Shown here piece after piece: positions 26,051 through 38,217 of a stretch of 64,000 bases of DNA. The position numbers and the translations under genes were made by a program. Source of the stretch: Octopus bimaculoides (lineage: Eukaryota). The notes beneath the pieces were generated by a model, which saw only the letters and a list, made by a program, of their open reading frames with translations, was not told the origin of the DNA and did no database searches. The stretch lies in NCBI RefSeq assembly GCF_001194135.2, contig NC_068985.1, forward strand, positions 118,199,515 through 118,263,514. The letters are read 5' to 3'. The first letter of the stretch is position 1; each line of letters begins with the position of its first letter.

Positions 26051-28928
26051 GTGATGGCTATTTAATATCTCCATGATATACATGGAGATGGTACTGCTGG
26101 ACAAATGTGTTGTAGTGACTAGGGAAAGTTCTAGAGGCAGAAGAAAATATGGGAAGAAGTGCTGAGATTAGATCTGTTGATGTTGTTCATAAAACGGAAT
26201 GAGAAGGATCAAGAAGAATAGTGATAGGCCCACTTATCTTTTGCTAGTACAGAAAAATGGTTGCTAAAATGATAATGTCTTTTACACATACGCCTGTCTA
26301 ATGGAGAAACAAAAAATGTTTCTATCATTTGAGAACTGCAGATATTTGCTTAGGTATCCTATGATGTTATGGTATGGATTCAATGATGCAAGTTACCCAT
26401 ACATTGCTCACATGCATGGCTGAATGGTTAAGAAGTTCATTTCACAATGACAAGGTTCAAGGTTTGATTTCACTGTGAGGCATCTTAAGTGTCTTTTACA
26501 ATAGAGTCTGGTCAACCCAAACTTTATGATAATATACTTTAAGAATACACACATCTGTGGAATACTCAACCATCTACATGTTGATTCAATGAATAGGTAG
26601 TTCAGTTGACTGAGCAACTGTTTATTCATGGTTGAAATCAATGGAGATCCATTTCTCATGCAAGCACAGAAATCTTTGTGTAGTACACAAAGATTTTCTA
26701 TTTTGGACTAGAATTTTATATTCAGAAGTTGGTTGCACTTTTAAAAGAATATGATAGTTTGTAATGTTTGGATATTAAGTCATTGGTACTTAGCCCTTAA
26801 AGTAGGTACTCGTTGTACTGACTATGCACTATTAGTTACTGTATATGTTTATAGAACTAATGATTTTATTTAATAGTTGTAAAAGTAGTCAACTTCAGGC
26901 CAACAGATTATAATCAGGCAATCAAATATAGATGGTTGGTGTGTATACATACAGCTTTGCAGTATCAGGTTTATGCTTTCTCGGGGTAATCTTTTGCATC
27001 CACTTTTGTGTGTGTGTGATAAATAAAATTTAAGTGTAAAGGATATAACATAATTACTAATCTCACAGTAAAAAGAACAAGTCTTCCAATAAAAGTTGAA
27101 CCTTCTTCTACTATTCCAAGCAGTCACATTACAGAATAGATCAGTTTTTGCTGTACCCTCCAGTCTTCCATGTGTGTGTGTATGTGTTTGTGTGAGTGAG
27201 AGCATCTTTATCTTCAGAGTGCTACAGGTAACATGTAATTCTGTACATATTCTCAAGGCTTGTCTGATAACCCAGCAGTATGGAAACAAGACCTGTCAAA
27301 AGAACAGATGAAGTCAGAAAAATGCTTAGGATGTTGAGTGAGTGGGTTGTAAGACTACTTTGAGATATTACAGATAGTGACCATACCTGTTCACCAGTTA
27401 AAAGTTTGTGTGGAGTTTCTTAGATGATGAGCTTGTCTCTTTGGTAGAACTGATTTGTTAGCAGTGAGCAGATATTGCTGTCATTTGTGAAGTAAATCTT
27501 TCTGTAGCTCATCCCCTTGGAACTGCAATTCTGTGTCAGATGAAGCCCAAGTTAGGGTGCATGGTTGTTATATCCTTATGGATAAATGAATACACCGTAA
27601 CAGTGTAATAACAATATAATCGAAACAAATGGCAGTAACCATACGGAACGTAACAACAATCTTTTAAGAACCAGCAACCCAACATGCTAACTTAAACTTT
27701 GAACTATCAACACATGAACTGTGGAACTAGCATGAACTACCTCACTTAATCAAACTGCTACTATTTATATGAAGTGATCCAGTCCATTCTCGCCACTAAG
27801 AAATAAAAAAAACCAAAATTTGATTTTTTGCATGGAATCAAGTACCCTGACCTCCTANNNNNNNNNNNNNNNNNNNNNNNNNNNNNNNNNNNNNNNNNNN
27901 NNNNNNNNNNNNNNNNNNNNNNNNNNNNNNNNNNNNNNNNNNNNNNNNNNNNNNNNNNNNNNNNNNNNNNNNNNNNNNNNNNNNNNNNNNNNNNNNNNNN
28001 NNNNNNNNNNNNNNNNNNNNNNNNNNNNNNNNNNNNNNNNNNNNNNNNNNNNNNNNNNNNNNNNNNNNNNNNNNNNNNNNNNNNNNNNNNNNNNNNNNNN
28101 NNNNNNNNNNNNNNNNNNNNNNNNNNNNNNNNNNNNNNNNNNNNNNNNNNNNNNNNNNNNNNNNNNNNNNNNNNNNNNNNNNNNNNNNNNNNNNNNNNNN
28201 NNNNNNNNNNNNNNNNNNNNNNNNNNNNNNNNNNNNNNNNNNNNNNNNNNNNNNNNNNNNNNNNNNNNNNNNNNNNNNNNNNNNNNNNNNNNNNNNNNNN
28301 NNNNNNNNNNNNNNNNNNNNNNNNNNNNNNNNNNNNNNNNNNNNNNNNNNNNNNNNNNNNNNNNNNNNNNNNNNNNNNNNNNNNNNNNNNNNNNNNNNNN
28401 NNNNNNNNNNNNNNNNNNNNNNNNNNNNNNNNNNNNNNNNNNNNNNNNNNNNNNNNNNNNNNNNNNNNNNNNNNNNNNNNNNNNNNNNNNNNNNNNNNNN
28501 NNNNNNNNNNNNNNNNNNNNNNNNNNNNNNNNNNNNNNNNNNNNNNNNNNNNNNNNNNNNNNNNNNNNNNNNNNNNNNNNNNNNNNNNNNNNNNNNNNNN
28601 NNNNNNNNNNNNNNNNNNAACTGTAAAGAGTGATAAATTTGAAGAACTGGTATTCTTTGCTGCAATATTTTAAGTAAAAAGTTTCTTATTCTTTACTTTA
28701 CTTGAAGTAATGGTTTGTTCTAAACTTTTACAGGTGTAATAACTTGTCCTGTACTTTTCCAGGTTTATAATCTTAAGAATATGACTTTTCATGCTCGCAT
28801 TTTTCCAAGTGATATAACAGTTCCTTTAAACATAAAATGTGTGCAAGTTTAAGGTTAGAACAAAAAAAAAAAAAATTCTTGTTTCCCATTTTATCATTTA
28901 TGTGTTTATTTATTTAACTTCATTTCAG

Positions 28929-29055
28929 GCACTGCTTGCAGCTCAGAACCGGTTGCGGAGTCATATCAAGGGTTTCTATTTTAATTTGGGATTTTCTGGA
29001 AAATATTATCAAAAAGGTACACCAGAAGAGAACTTGGGTGATCGTCTCTTAGTAG
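28929..29055 (+). CDS. NDST: NDST coding exon 2 (127 nt): ALLAAQNRLRSHIKGFYFNLGFSGKYYQKGTPEENLGDRLLV+G
   Basis: Acceptor tttcag| ends at 28928 and donor |GTTGGT starts at 29056. The peptide matches the NDST FNLGYSGK segment and is in frame with exon 1. Confidence 0.93.
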
Positions 29056-30131
29056 GTTGGTTTTATCCTTCTTTTATATCATTTATAACTCAGACCCACC
29101 AATTCTTAGTTATATTATATATTACTAATGGTTTTAAATTAATCTTATATTGATTTTTTTCTTTTTTTTTTAAATTCATAACTATTGTGTGAATATTTAG
29201 TTTCTTAAAATTGTCTTTAACAGAATTTCTTGAAAAGTTGTTGCTACTATTAGATGTTTATATCAAACTTAAGTATATTCTGACATCTATTTTTCTTAGG
29301 ATATTTAAACATTTAATAGCAAATAGTATTTTCTTTTTTATTTTATAGCAAATACTGTAGGCAGACTTTTAATTAGCAGTAACAATTATATAAAATTAGT
29401 AAATTATGTGAAATAATGGTGAGTGGGGATTTTAAATATTTTTTTTTTAATTATTTAAACAGCACTATTAAGAGTAAGGTTAATCTTATTAATATTTTCC
29501 CTATAAATGCAGTTCTTTTACAATAAGAAGTAGACTTAAGTAGAAAATGAGATATTCAACACTGACACAGCAATCTTCAGTGCTACAGAAGGCTTGCATT
29601 TCTAAATGGTTTGCCATAATAGGGTAATTCCAGAATACAAAGCCTATCTTTCTGTTGGTCCCCATGTTAGAAATTGCAATATGTTTTGACACAATATTTT
29701 CTTGATTCTCCTCCGTATCATCCAAAACAATGCAACCACTTTTATAACCAAAAGTAGAAGTTCTGTAATGTTGAGGATCCCTGTATATGTAATATACTTT
29801 CTAAAGTGAGTTTCAGTCAATGGAGTTGTTGAGATGTTACACTATTTACATACATTATCAGTGTATATAAACTCTAACACTATATTCTACCTCTAGTAAC
29901 TGTACTCTTCTGGTGGCTAAGTCTACCTTGTTATGCTTGTAAACAAAGAAAGCAGGCACTGCTCACAGTTGTAGGTAGTTAATGGATGTTTTAGCTTGCA
30001 ATTCTGAATAGTAATCCTTGAATACATCTCTTCTAGTGTAGAGGTATATACATGTAGCATTGTTACTCAAGAAACAAATCTCTCCCTCCTCCAAGAACTG
30101 TTATATTTAGCAAAGAAAACTTGGTAATATA

Positions 30132-30374
30132 TGAGGGGGTGCTGTAAAGTTCCTGGCTTTGGGTAAAAGAAAATATAGGAGGATCAGTTAATAATGATTT
30201 TATTGAACATATTCCCATCTCAGATTCACACACTTAATGCAGTGGTCTTTCAGTTTTTCTAAGCCCTGTAAAAGAACAAGGAAGTTTGGGCTACCAACCA
30301 GGCCTTTCATGATACCCTTGAAGCAGGGAACTTTTCACCCCCCCNNNNNNNNNNNNNNNCCCCCCCCCCCCCCG
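30132..30374. mobile_element. Mariner-type MITE
   Basis: The left end TA|tgagggggtgctgtaaagttcctggctt and the right end aagcagggaacttttca...cccg|TA are imperfect TIRs. A short N gap lies inside the right C-run. Confidence 0.7.
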
Positions 30375-31651
30375 TATTACACTCCTTTAGTATTACATAT
30401 TTCTTTCAGTAACACATAATCTTAAAAGAATTTTTTAAAAATGTAGTTACGATATTTGTGAGAAACCAAAGAAAGTTCTTATGTAGATTTAAAATTTAAT
30501 CACTTCCTAGTTCCAACTGAAAATCCCTTTCTTGAGATGTATTGATAATTCTAGCTTGGCTTTTAGTAGCAAGTGAAGTAATGTGCTTTAATCCATGACC
30601 ACAACACAAATGTTGAAAGGTGTGAAATCTTAATCCCATGTATCCTTAATGTATTTTTAGTGAACTTTAAAAAAAAAGTCCTTTTTGCGACATATTGCTT
30701 CTGATTAGATAATGTAAGTTACTTTTTGTCTTCATACTCTTTAAAAACTAATCACTATAATCAAAAAAACAAGTAAAACAGGGATTGGCAAGAGTCAGGT
30801 CTGGAAAGTTAAGACAAGATAATTGAGTGGATGAGGTATAGAAATTTCAAATATTCAAATTTAATATGTGTTTTATTGTATTTTCAAGCAGAACACTTTA
30901 TTCTACAATGCTTCACTTAGGAATAGGTACTTGATGATCTGTGAATATTACCTGTAATAGACCAGAATTACCTTCCTATCTAAACAGAGGCTTTACCTCT
31001 CATCCTGTGTAGTTCTGCAAAAATGGAATTAAGCAATGGCATCATTGGGATTTAAAAAGGCATTTACACTCACAAATAAGTAAAATGCACACGGGAATGT
31101 GTTAAGGTGACATAAGGAAAAAAATTTTATCTGGTTGATAAATTCCCAACATTGACTAAGATATTTAACTGAACATATAATACAATATTCTTTCTCTTCA
31201 TCAACATTGAAAAATATAGTTGTTTAACCTTTCCCCCCTATTATATAATCTCTCAGCCTACCCATTTCATTATAAGTTTTCATTTAGCTTTATGTTCTTC
31301 TGTTACTAATTCTTTTTAGGTTGACAGAAATAGAAAGAGATCTAGTCAGGTTTAGTAGTAGTGTTTGTTCTATATTTGATCAAAATCTCTTCTGCTACAA
31401 ATCTACTAACTAATCTATTTATTTGAAACTAAAAACAACAGAATGGCTTTGCATGCAATGTTAGATATTTCCTCTTCTTTCTGTCATATCAAAATACCTA
31501 ATTGTTTTAATTTTACTTTAGTGGCTTTTGCTGATGGATATATTTGTTATAGTTTAGAGCTTCAATCAAAAGTATTCCTGCATTGACCACCTTGTCTTTT
31601 TAGTTATACTTCATAGACCCTTGCTGATGCTTATGTTTAAATAAAGGTTAA

Positions 31652-31870
31652 CTCTTTAGCATTCAGATTTCTCTGTCAAATGTAAAGCTTATTTATTCAT
31701 ATTGTTTTTTAATTAATCATGCATTATCTTGTAGCTTCAAGCTTTTGGTGAGGTAATTGTGTATATCTAAAATGTCATTGTAGGGTATTTCTAAGAGGCT
31801 GGATCAGGCCAGTTTGAACATAAAACAAGTAGAATATTTTGGCCAGATATGGCTGGTTTAAATGCTAAAG
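31652..31870 (-). mobile_element. TTAA-type MITE, second copy, with one end interrupted by a hAT MITE
   Basis: TTAA|ctctttagcatt ... aatgctaaag, then the hAT element. The interior is the reverse complement of the 22419 copy. Confidence 0.72.
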
Positions 31871-32431
31871 CAGTAGTTCCTAACCTCTTCATAGTGGTTC
31901 CCAACAGTCATTCCCAGCTCTTTTATTTAAATGAGTTTTCCCACGGACCCCTTTTAATATGTTTATCTTTATGTGTGTGTGTGTGTGTGTATATATGCCC
32001 AGCGTCGCCTTTCTGGCACTTGTGCTTGTGACATGTGTCAGGATTTTCGAGCGAGACCATTGCCAGTGCCCCTGGACTGACTCTTCTGTGGGTGGCACAT
32101 AAAATACACCATTTTGAGCGTGGCCGTTGCCAGTACCGCCTGACTGGCCTTCGTGCGGATGATACGTAAAAGCACCCACTACACTCTCTGAGTGGTTGGC
32201 GTTAGGAAGGGCATCCAGCTGTAGAAACTCTGCCAAATCAGATTGGAGCCTGGTGTTGCCATCCGGTTTCACCAGTCCCCAGTCAAATCGTCCAACCCAT
32301 GCTAGCATGGAAAGCAGACGTTAAACGATGATGATGATGATATATATGAAACTTTGAATTTAGTTCACGGACCCCCAGTACTACCTTTGTGGACCAACAG
32401 GGATCTGCAAAACCCAGGTTGGGAACCATTG
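31871..32431. mobile_element. hAT-type MITE containing a nested RTE 3' fragment
   Basis: TIRs cagtagttcctaacct and aggttgggaaccattg, with an 8-bp TSD tgctaaag/tgctaaac (7/8). Confidence 0.82.
31998..32340 (+). mobile_element. Young RTE-family 3' fragment nested in the hAT MITE
   Basis: Same 3' end with a (GAT)n tail. 8-bp TSD tatatatg at 31990-31997 and 32341-32348. Confidence 0.88.
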
Positions 32432-32471
32432 TGCTAAACATAGGAAAAAAAAAACAACTTAAGATGTTAAC

Positions 32472-32473
<2 letters not shown>

Positions 32474-32548
<75 letters not shown>
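32474..32548. repeat. (CA)n microsatellite
   Basis: Perfect run. Others: (AT)n 1-43, (AAT)n 41400-41447, (TA)n 54714-54751, (CA)n 54915-54956. Confidence 0.95.
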
Positions 32549-32551
<3 letters not shown>

Positions 32552-34535
32552 TCTTTCTCTCTCTCTCCCTCATTTAAGTACACAGACACACTGATAAACA
32601 ATTTAGTATACATAATGTTAGGTTGCAACATGAAAATTAATTGGAAACCTGTACCCTATCAAACCTCTTCTTGTTGGTATTGTTTAGCTTTATGTCTGCC
32701 TCAAATTAAGCAAACCTACAATCAGAACATTGTTTCAACCATGACACACCATTCTTTTTTTTTTAATTCAAACCTAGTGTATCTGTGACAATATTCCTTT
32801 TTTAATCCACTTGTGTTTTTATGGCAGTTATTTCAAATTAATCTCTTGATATCCAAAAACGTATAAAGTGCTGCCAGCTGCCCTCTCTTATGCTTTAAGA
32901 ACATTTGCCTTTCTTTTTTTGTTGGTCACCAAGTCTCTAATGATAGTGTCTCACCGCCATGTTTTTCCTCCCTTATTAGCTGTCTTAGTGTCCCCGTAGA
33001 CATTAAAAGAAGGAGTATTTGTGGTAATTGGGATAAAGAAAATGGTCTTTTTGAGATTTTATGTATTTAAGTTAGTGTTATTGAAACACTTGGATATTAA
33101 AGTGATTGTACTTAACTGAAAAAGTGTTATAACATAAATAATTGAAAAACTGTTAAATGATGCAAGAACATCAGTTGATTGCTCTTTGTCTAAGATAAAC
33201 ATAATAGTGAATCTAAATTTGATAGCATATTATATCATTTAAAAAGCAGTTATTCATCTAATACCTTTGTTCACACATATTTAATCATTTATCTTATTAG
33301 AGTAATACTTTTTAATATGTTTGCAATGAAATTAATTTAGGTTTATCTTTGAGATTACTATAGATTTTAATTCTTTGAAAGACCTTTGTAGAAATAATTC
33401 AGAATTTTTGCTTGGCATACTTTCTATAAGTAATTTAAGAAATGGTATATCTGAAACACAAGTGTATAATGATTTTTTCACATTGGACCATAAATTTGTA
33501 GTGGCTCAGTAGTTGATTGATCAACATTGATGTATGATTGGCAGGATGAAGGGCTAATCAACCCAGGTAAAATTTGAACTTATAAAGTAGAAGGTTAAAA
33601 TTAAATTGTTTGTTAGACATTGTCAAATTCTTCTGTGACTGCCACTTCACATCATCTTCTTCAATAAAGCAAATGGCTAAATATCAATAATAGAAATAGA
33701 AGTTGATTAATACTTTTTGTGTGGAATTTGATCGACAAGAACTGTGCAAAAGCTGCTCATGTATCTTTGTGTGTTTGCCTATTTTGTGTTCCTTTTTGTC
33801 ACATTGACATACTGGTTTGAGAAATAGAGATCAATAAAAATAATAACCAGCCTGAAATGACATGAATTAGCAGAATTGTTATTGTATCAGTGAATATACC
33901 TCATGGTATTTGTTCTAGTTCAAATCTCAATGGAGTCAACTTCAACGTTTTCACCTAGATTTGATTAAATAAAATACCAGACAAGTACTGTGATCGACGT
34001 TATCAACTAATCCACCCCCTAAATTTCAAACAATTATTATTATTTCAGTGGGAAGTAGATTGTTCCGTCTTCAACTTGTGCTGTAAAAGACCTCAGTAAT
34101 ATAGGGGTCAGAGAGCCTGTTTTTAGTCCCATTTAAAAGATTGGTTTAGTACCTAAATCTTCCTCAACAATCCACATAGAAGCACTCTTGTTAGAAGAAT
34201 CTGTATTTACAGAGTGGCAATAAAATGTCTACTATTAAAGAGCTTTGATTCAGTGCTATATTTATTATGATTACACATTGGAGAGAAGACAGATGGTAAC
34301 TTAACGGAAGGGATAAATTAGCAGTGAATGTGGAAGTGGCAACAGTGGTTAGTTGTTTGGATAGGAATTTAAAAATATAAGAAATTGTGTTAATATGATT
34401 TTAAGTCTGAACCACATTTGTTTGAAGTTAACTCTATTTCTGTTTTAATCATGTTGATGGGTTTAGCCTTGGTTTTTACAATAAAACGAGTTGGAAATTA
34501 TTAATTTACAACTTGTAGAAATGAAACGGAGCTAC

Positions 34536-34574
<39 letters not shown>

Positions 34575-37500
34575 AAGAAAGAAATAATCTCACATTCTTT
34601 GTACTTGTGCTCAGGGCATTATTATATGAAGTAAATACACAAGACACAAACATGTATAAAAATAACAATTCTATGGGTATTTATTGTAAAATTCCATTCT
34701 TTTACTTTTTTCCTTCTCCCTTTTGTTCTGCTTGTTTTCTCTCTTGCCTGTGGGATTTTATTATGAACTCTCAAGAGAAATAAATTGATATCCATGGGTG
34801 GGGAAATTAATTATTTTGGAATTGGGGAATAGATATCATTTGAGTTACGAATTACATCTAACAGTGGGAGAGAGAAAGAGAGTGCAGTAGTAGCTGGCTG
34901 TTTATAGTGCTCATCTGTTAGTCATGACTGCTGTAGGTTATGAGTTCAAACTCTACATTAGAATATCAGTAATGTTATACTACATGTCATCACTTGATGC
35001 AATTGAGCAGTTGACAGAAAATGGAGAATATGTAGTAATATAAAATATCAGCTTTTGTTTCTCTTTCTGTGTGTCGCTTTGGTCCCATCATTGTCCTTTG
35101 TTGGCATTTTTGGCAGGTTACTTTTAAGCTGTACATCACACATGTACTTTAAAAAAAAAAGACAAGCAAATATAAATTTCAGAATTATTCCTCTTAGGAA
35201 GGATATTCAGTTATAGAAACTAAAAATGAAGTCTTGATTTTGAAACGACATGCGGATCCTCTGACTTATGTAGGTCAGCAATACCCTTGAAAATGTGCTG
35301 ATTCCAGCCATGGCAATCTGTTCAACCCAAGCAAACAGAATGTGGATGTAAAATGATGATGATGATAATATTTATCACTATTTAGTTTCATAGTTCTTAA
35401 AGTGTGCTTAGCTGTCACTTGCAAGCAAGTTTGATCTAATAGCTTGTGACACACTTTTGCTAATTGTTTTAGGTACCTATGTAGTTGTGAACAGTCATAA
35501 ACACTTTGGCCCTCCAACCCATAACCAAGCAGAAGATCAAGGATGTGATAGCTGGAGGAGAGATAGAGAGAGAGAGATCTAAATGAGTACTAGCACTAAG
35601 TTGATACTCATAACTGAGTTGACTGGAGCAACATGAAATGAGATTTGTTGCTCAAGGGCATAACATGCTACCCAACCCAGGAAGTCAACCTATGACTTCA
35701 TGATTGTGGGCCCAACACCCTAACTTCTAGGCCACTTACCTTCACTCTGAAAGTGTAATATTATTAATTTAAGTCCTAAGTTATGTGTAACTGACAGAGA
35801 TCATAAGCATTAGAGAGAAAGAAAATGATTTGAAATATTTTTAATATTCAAAGCAAAGACTGTTCCTAAATGTATGTTCCATTTTTTCTCTTTTTAATAA
35901 TTATTTTGAATAAAGTCATTATATGAGGCCTCTTGAAAGCTATTGGAAGATTGTCACAAAAAGCATGCATAACCATGACACAATGTATCGATTTTACTTT
36001 GCCAGTCTTTTGAAGACATTGTTATAAATTTGATGTTTTTGTTCACCAAGTGGTAGTGATCATACAGTGCTTTATTGTTAAATGAGGACAGGAAGAACCT
36101 TGTAATTATTCAGAGTTAACTGGCACAGAATATGGTCTTGTGAACAGCATCTGAAGCATTAATAATGTACATTAAAGGGGAACGGGAACATTTTAAATGG
36201 ATTTATCATAACATACACTATGAACATAACACCTGCTGTTTGAAAGATAAAAGATAAATGTGGTTCTAACATATGCATATTAACCATTTCAACAGCATGC
36301 CCAAATATACTTAGTTCTGAGTTATGGTTGATTTCAGCAGTTTTGATGAATAATAGATTATTTAAGTAGTATAGATGTTAATCAGTGTTGCTGTGTTTAG
36401 GAAATTCTCATAATAATGCATCAAACATAGCATGATTTTTATCAGGCTTAGGTCACTCCACATATTCTCTGTAATTGTTTCTAGAAGGCACAATACTCAT
36501 GTAGATCATATCAATCTAATATTATTACAGAAAACAAGAGAACAAAACAAACAAATTTTTAAAAAAAAGCAAATCTAGAATATTGATAACTCGCTAGACT
36601 TTTGCGTATTTGTTTCTTAGATTTCTGGCGAAATTATTCTATTTTGGTGATTTATGTATAATGTTCTCTTACACTTCAGTTCTTTGTTAATAACTTTGAA
36701 CAAAGCCTAGTTAAAATAAACACATTTAGGAAACTGGAATCTCTATCATGTATTTTATGCCAGTTTTTTTTTGAGAAGTATGGAGTATGGATTAATTAAG
36801 ATTGTTCTGCAGCATTTTAGTTCTTTAAATTCTTCCCTGGGCAATCATCCATTCACATTGCCTGAAGGTTGCAATTCTGTATGAAAGGGATAAAATTGAT
36901 TGGACAACCATGGGAGATATAAAATAGTCGGTCTTGGTGGATTTGAACCCAGTATGTAGAGAGAAGAAACTATATACTGCTTGGTATGCCATGCAATGAT
37001 TTATTTTTGACAATACATCACCTTCTAGATTAGGAAAATATTTTATCCTTTCCGAATCATGAAATCTCACAGGACTGATGCTATCTCTGGTTTCCATAAC
37101 ATTATGCCAATGAAACCTAATGTCTAAAATATATTGCTTTCGACATCAGAAGAACTGACTTCAATACTGCAGTCAACAAGTATCCAGTCCACACTGAATA
37201 CCACCTACTGTACTTAGTAAAAGCTAACATAGCCAACGAAGGAACGGTTATGTGATTACTTGACTTGGTAGAAATAGCAGTCAAATAACTCTTGAACTGT
37301 ACACAACTATTTTTAAATAAGGTTAGAAAATAACATTTAGATAGTATAATTCCTGGCATCTAAAAAATGTAGTCATAAGGATGAGAGCATCTTTTGATCA
37401 TAAGTCTGCATGATCAAGGTTAACCTGGGGCTAAACCACAATGTAGTGTTAAGCAGATTTCTTGATTTGGAGGAAAGTAAGTGTTTTGCTTTAGACACAA

Positions 37501-37898
37501 TTAGCCCAAGCCAACAAGGAGATCTCTCTGCAATTGCTCAGCTTGCAAGAAATAGCTGCAAAGTCTTCCTAAAACCATACCCTACTATCTTTCAAAAAAA
37601 GGAAGGTTATATTAAAAAAAAAAATGGCCACAGTCAAAATGAAATGAGTAGAAGAATAAAAGAATATGATCTACTGGAGTCATCATGGTTAATTAGGCAT
37701 ATATATGTGGTGAGGTAAAGACATCAGTTCCACTCACAAGGCTGTTTGATCAAAGCTGATCTGGAGTTAAATGATGTCTACTATGTTAGTCCCAGTTACA
37801 ACACAGTGCCAGCAAAAAGATATAAACTGCCAATATCTTTGATTCTTTCTCAACTTTTCCATTTATTCTTTGGATCAAGTGGATTTCACCATTTAGAA

Positions 37899-38217
37899 CA
37901 GGGGTTCTCAATCTTTTTTTCCTCTATGGGCCCTTGTAATTACTGTTTTATTCTGGTGGACCCTCATAGCCATTTGTTGTTTAAAAATTAGTTTTATGGA
38001 AACGTCTTTCAAAATTCCTATTTTGTTTTTCTCACACTAACTTGAACTATGTAAAATGTTAGAGAAAGAAACCTGTTTCTTGAAATATATACCAATACAT
38101 ATATCTGAAACAAAATTTTTTCAAGAGCCCTTAAAATACTATTGTAGATCCCCAATTTATTATTTTGTTGTATTGCATCCTGCAAAATCTTATATGGACC
38201 CTGGTTAAGAACCACTG
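37899..38217. mobile_element. hAT-type MITE
   Basis: TIRs caggggttctcaat and gttaagaaccactg, with a perfect 8-bp TSD ATTTAGAA at 37891-37898 and 38218-38225. Confidence 0.88.

Noticed and set aside
27820-28673. Long ORFs spanning N runs (also 2163-2744, 3712-3952, 6924-7699)
   Set aside because: They are open only because of X codons in gaps.
31889-32308. 139-aa minus ORF MLAWVGRFDWGLVKPDG... and its twin at 55178-55486
   Set aside because: These are antisense reading frames of the repeated RTE 3' UTR. They recur because the repeat recurs, not because they are paralogous genes.
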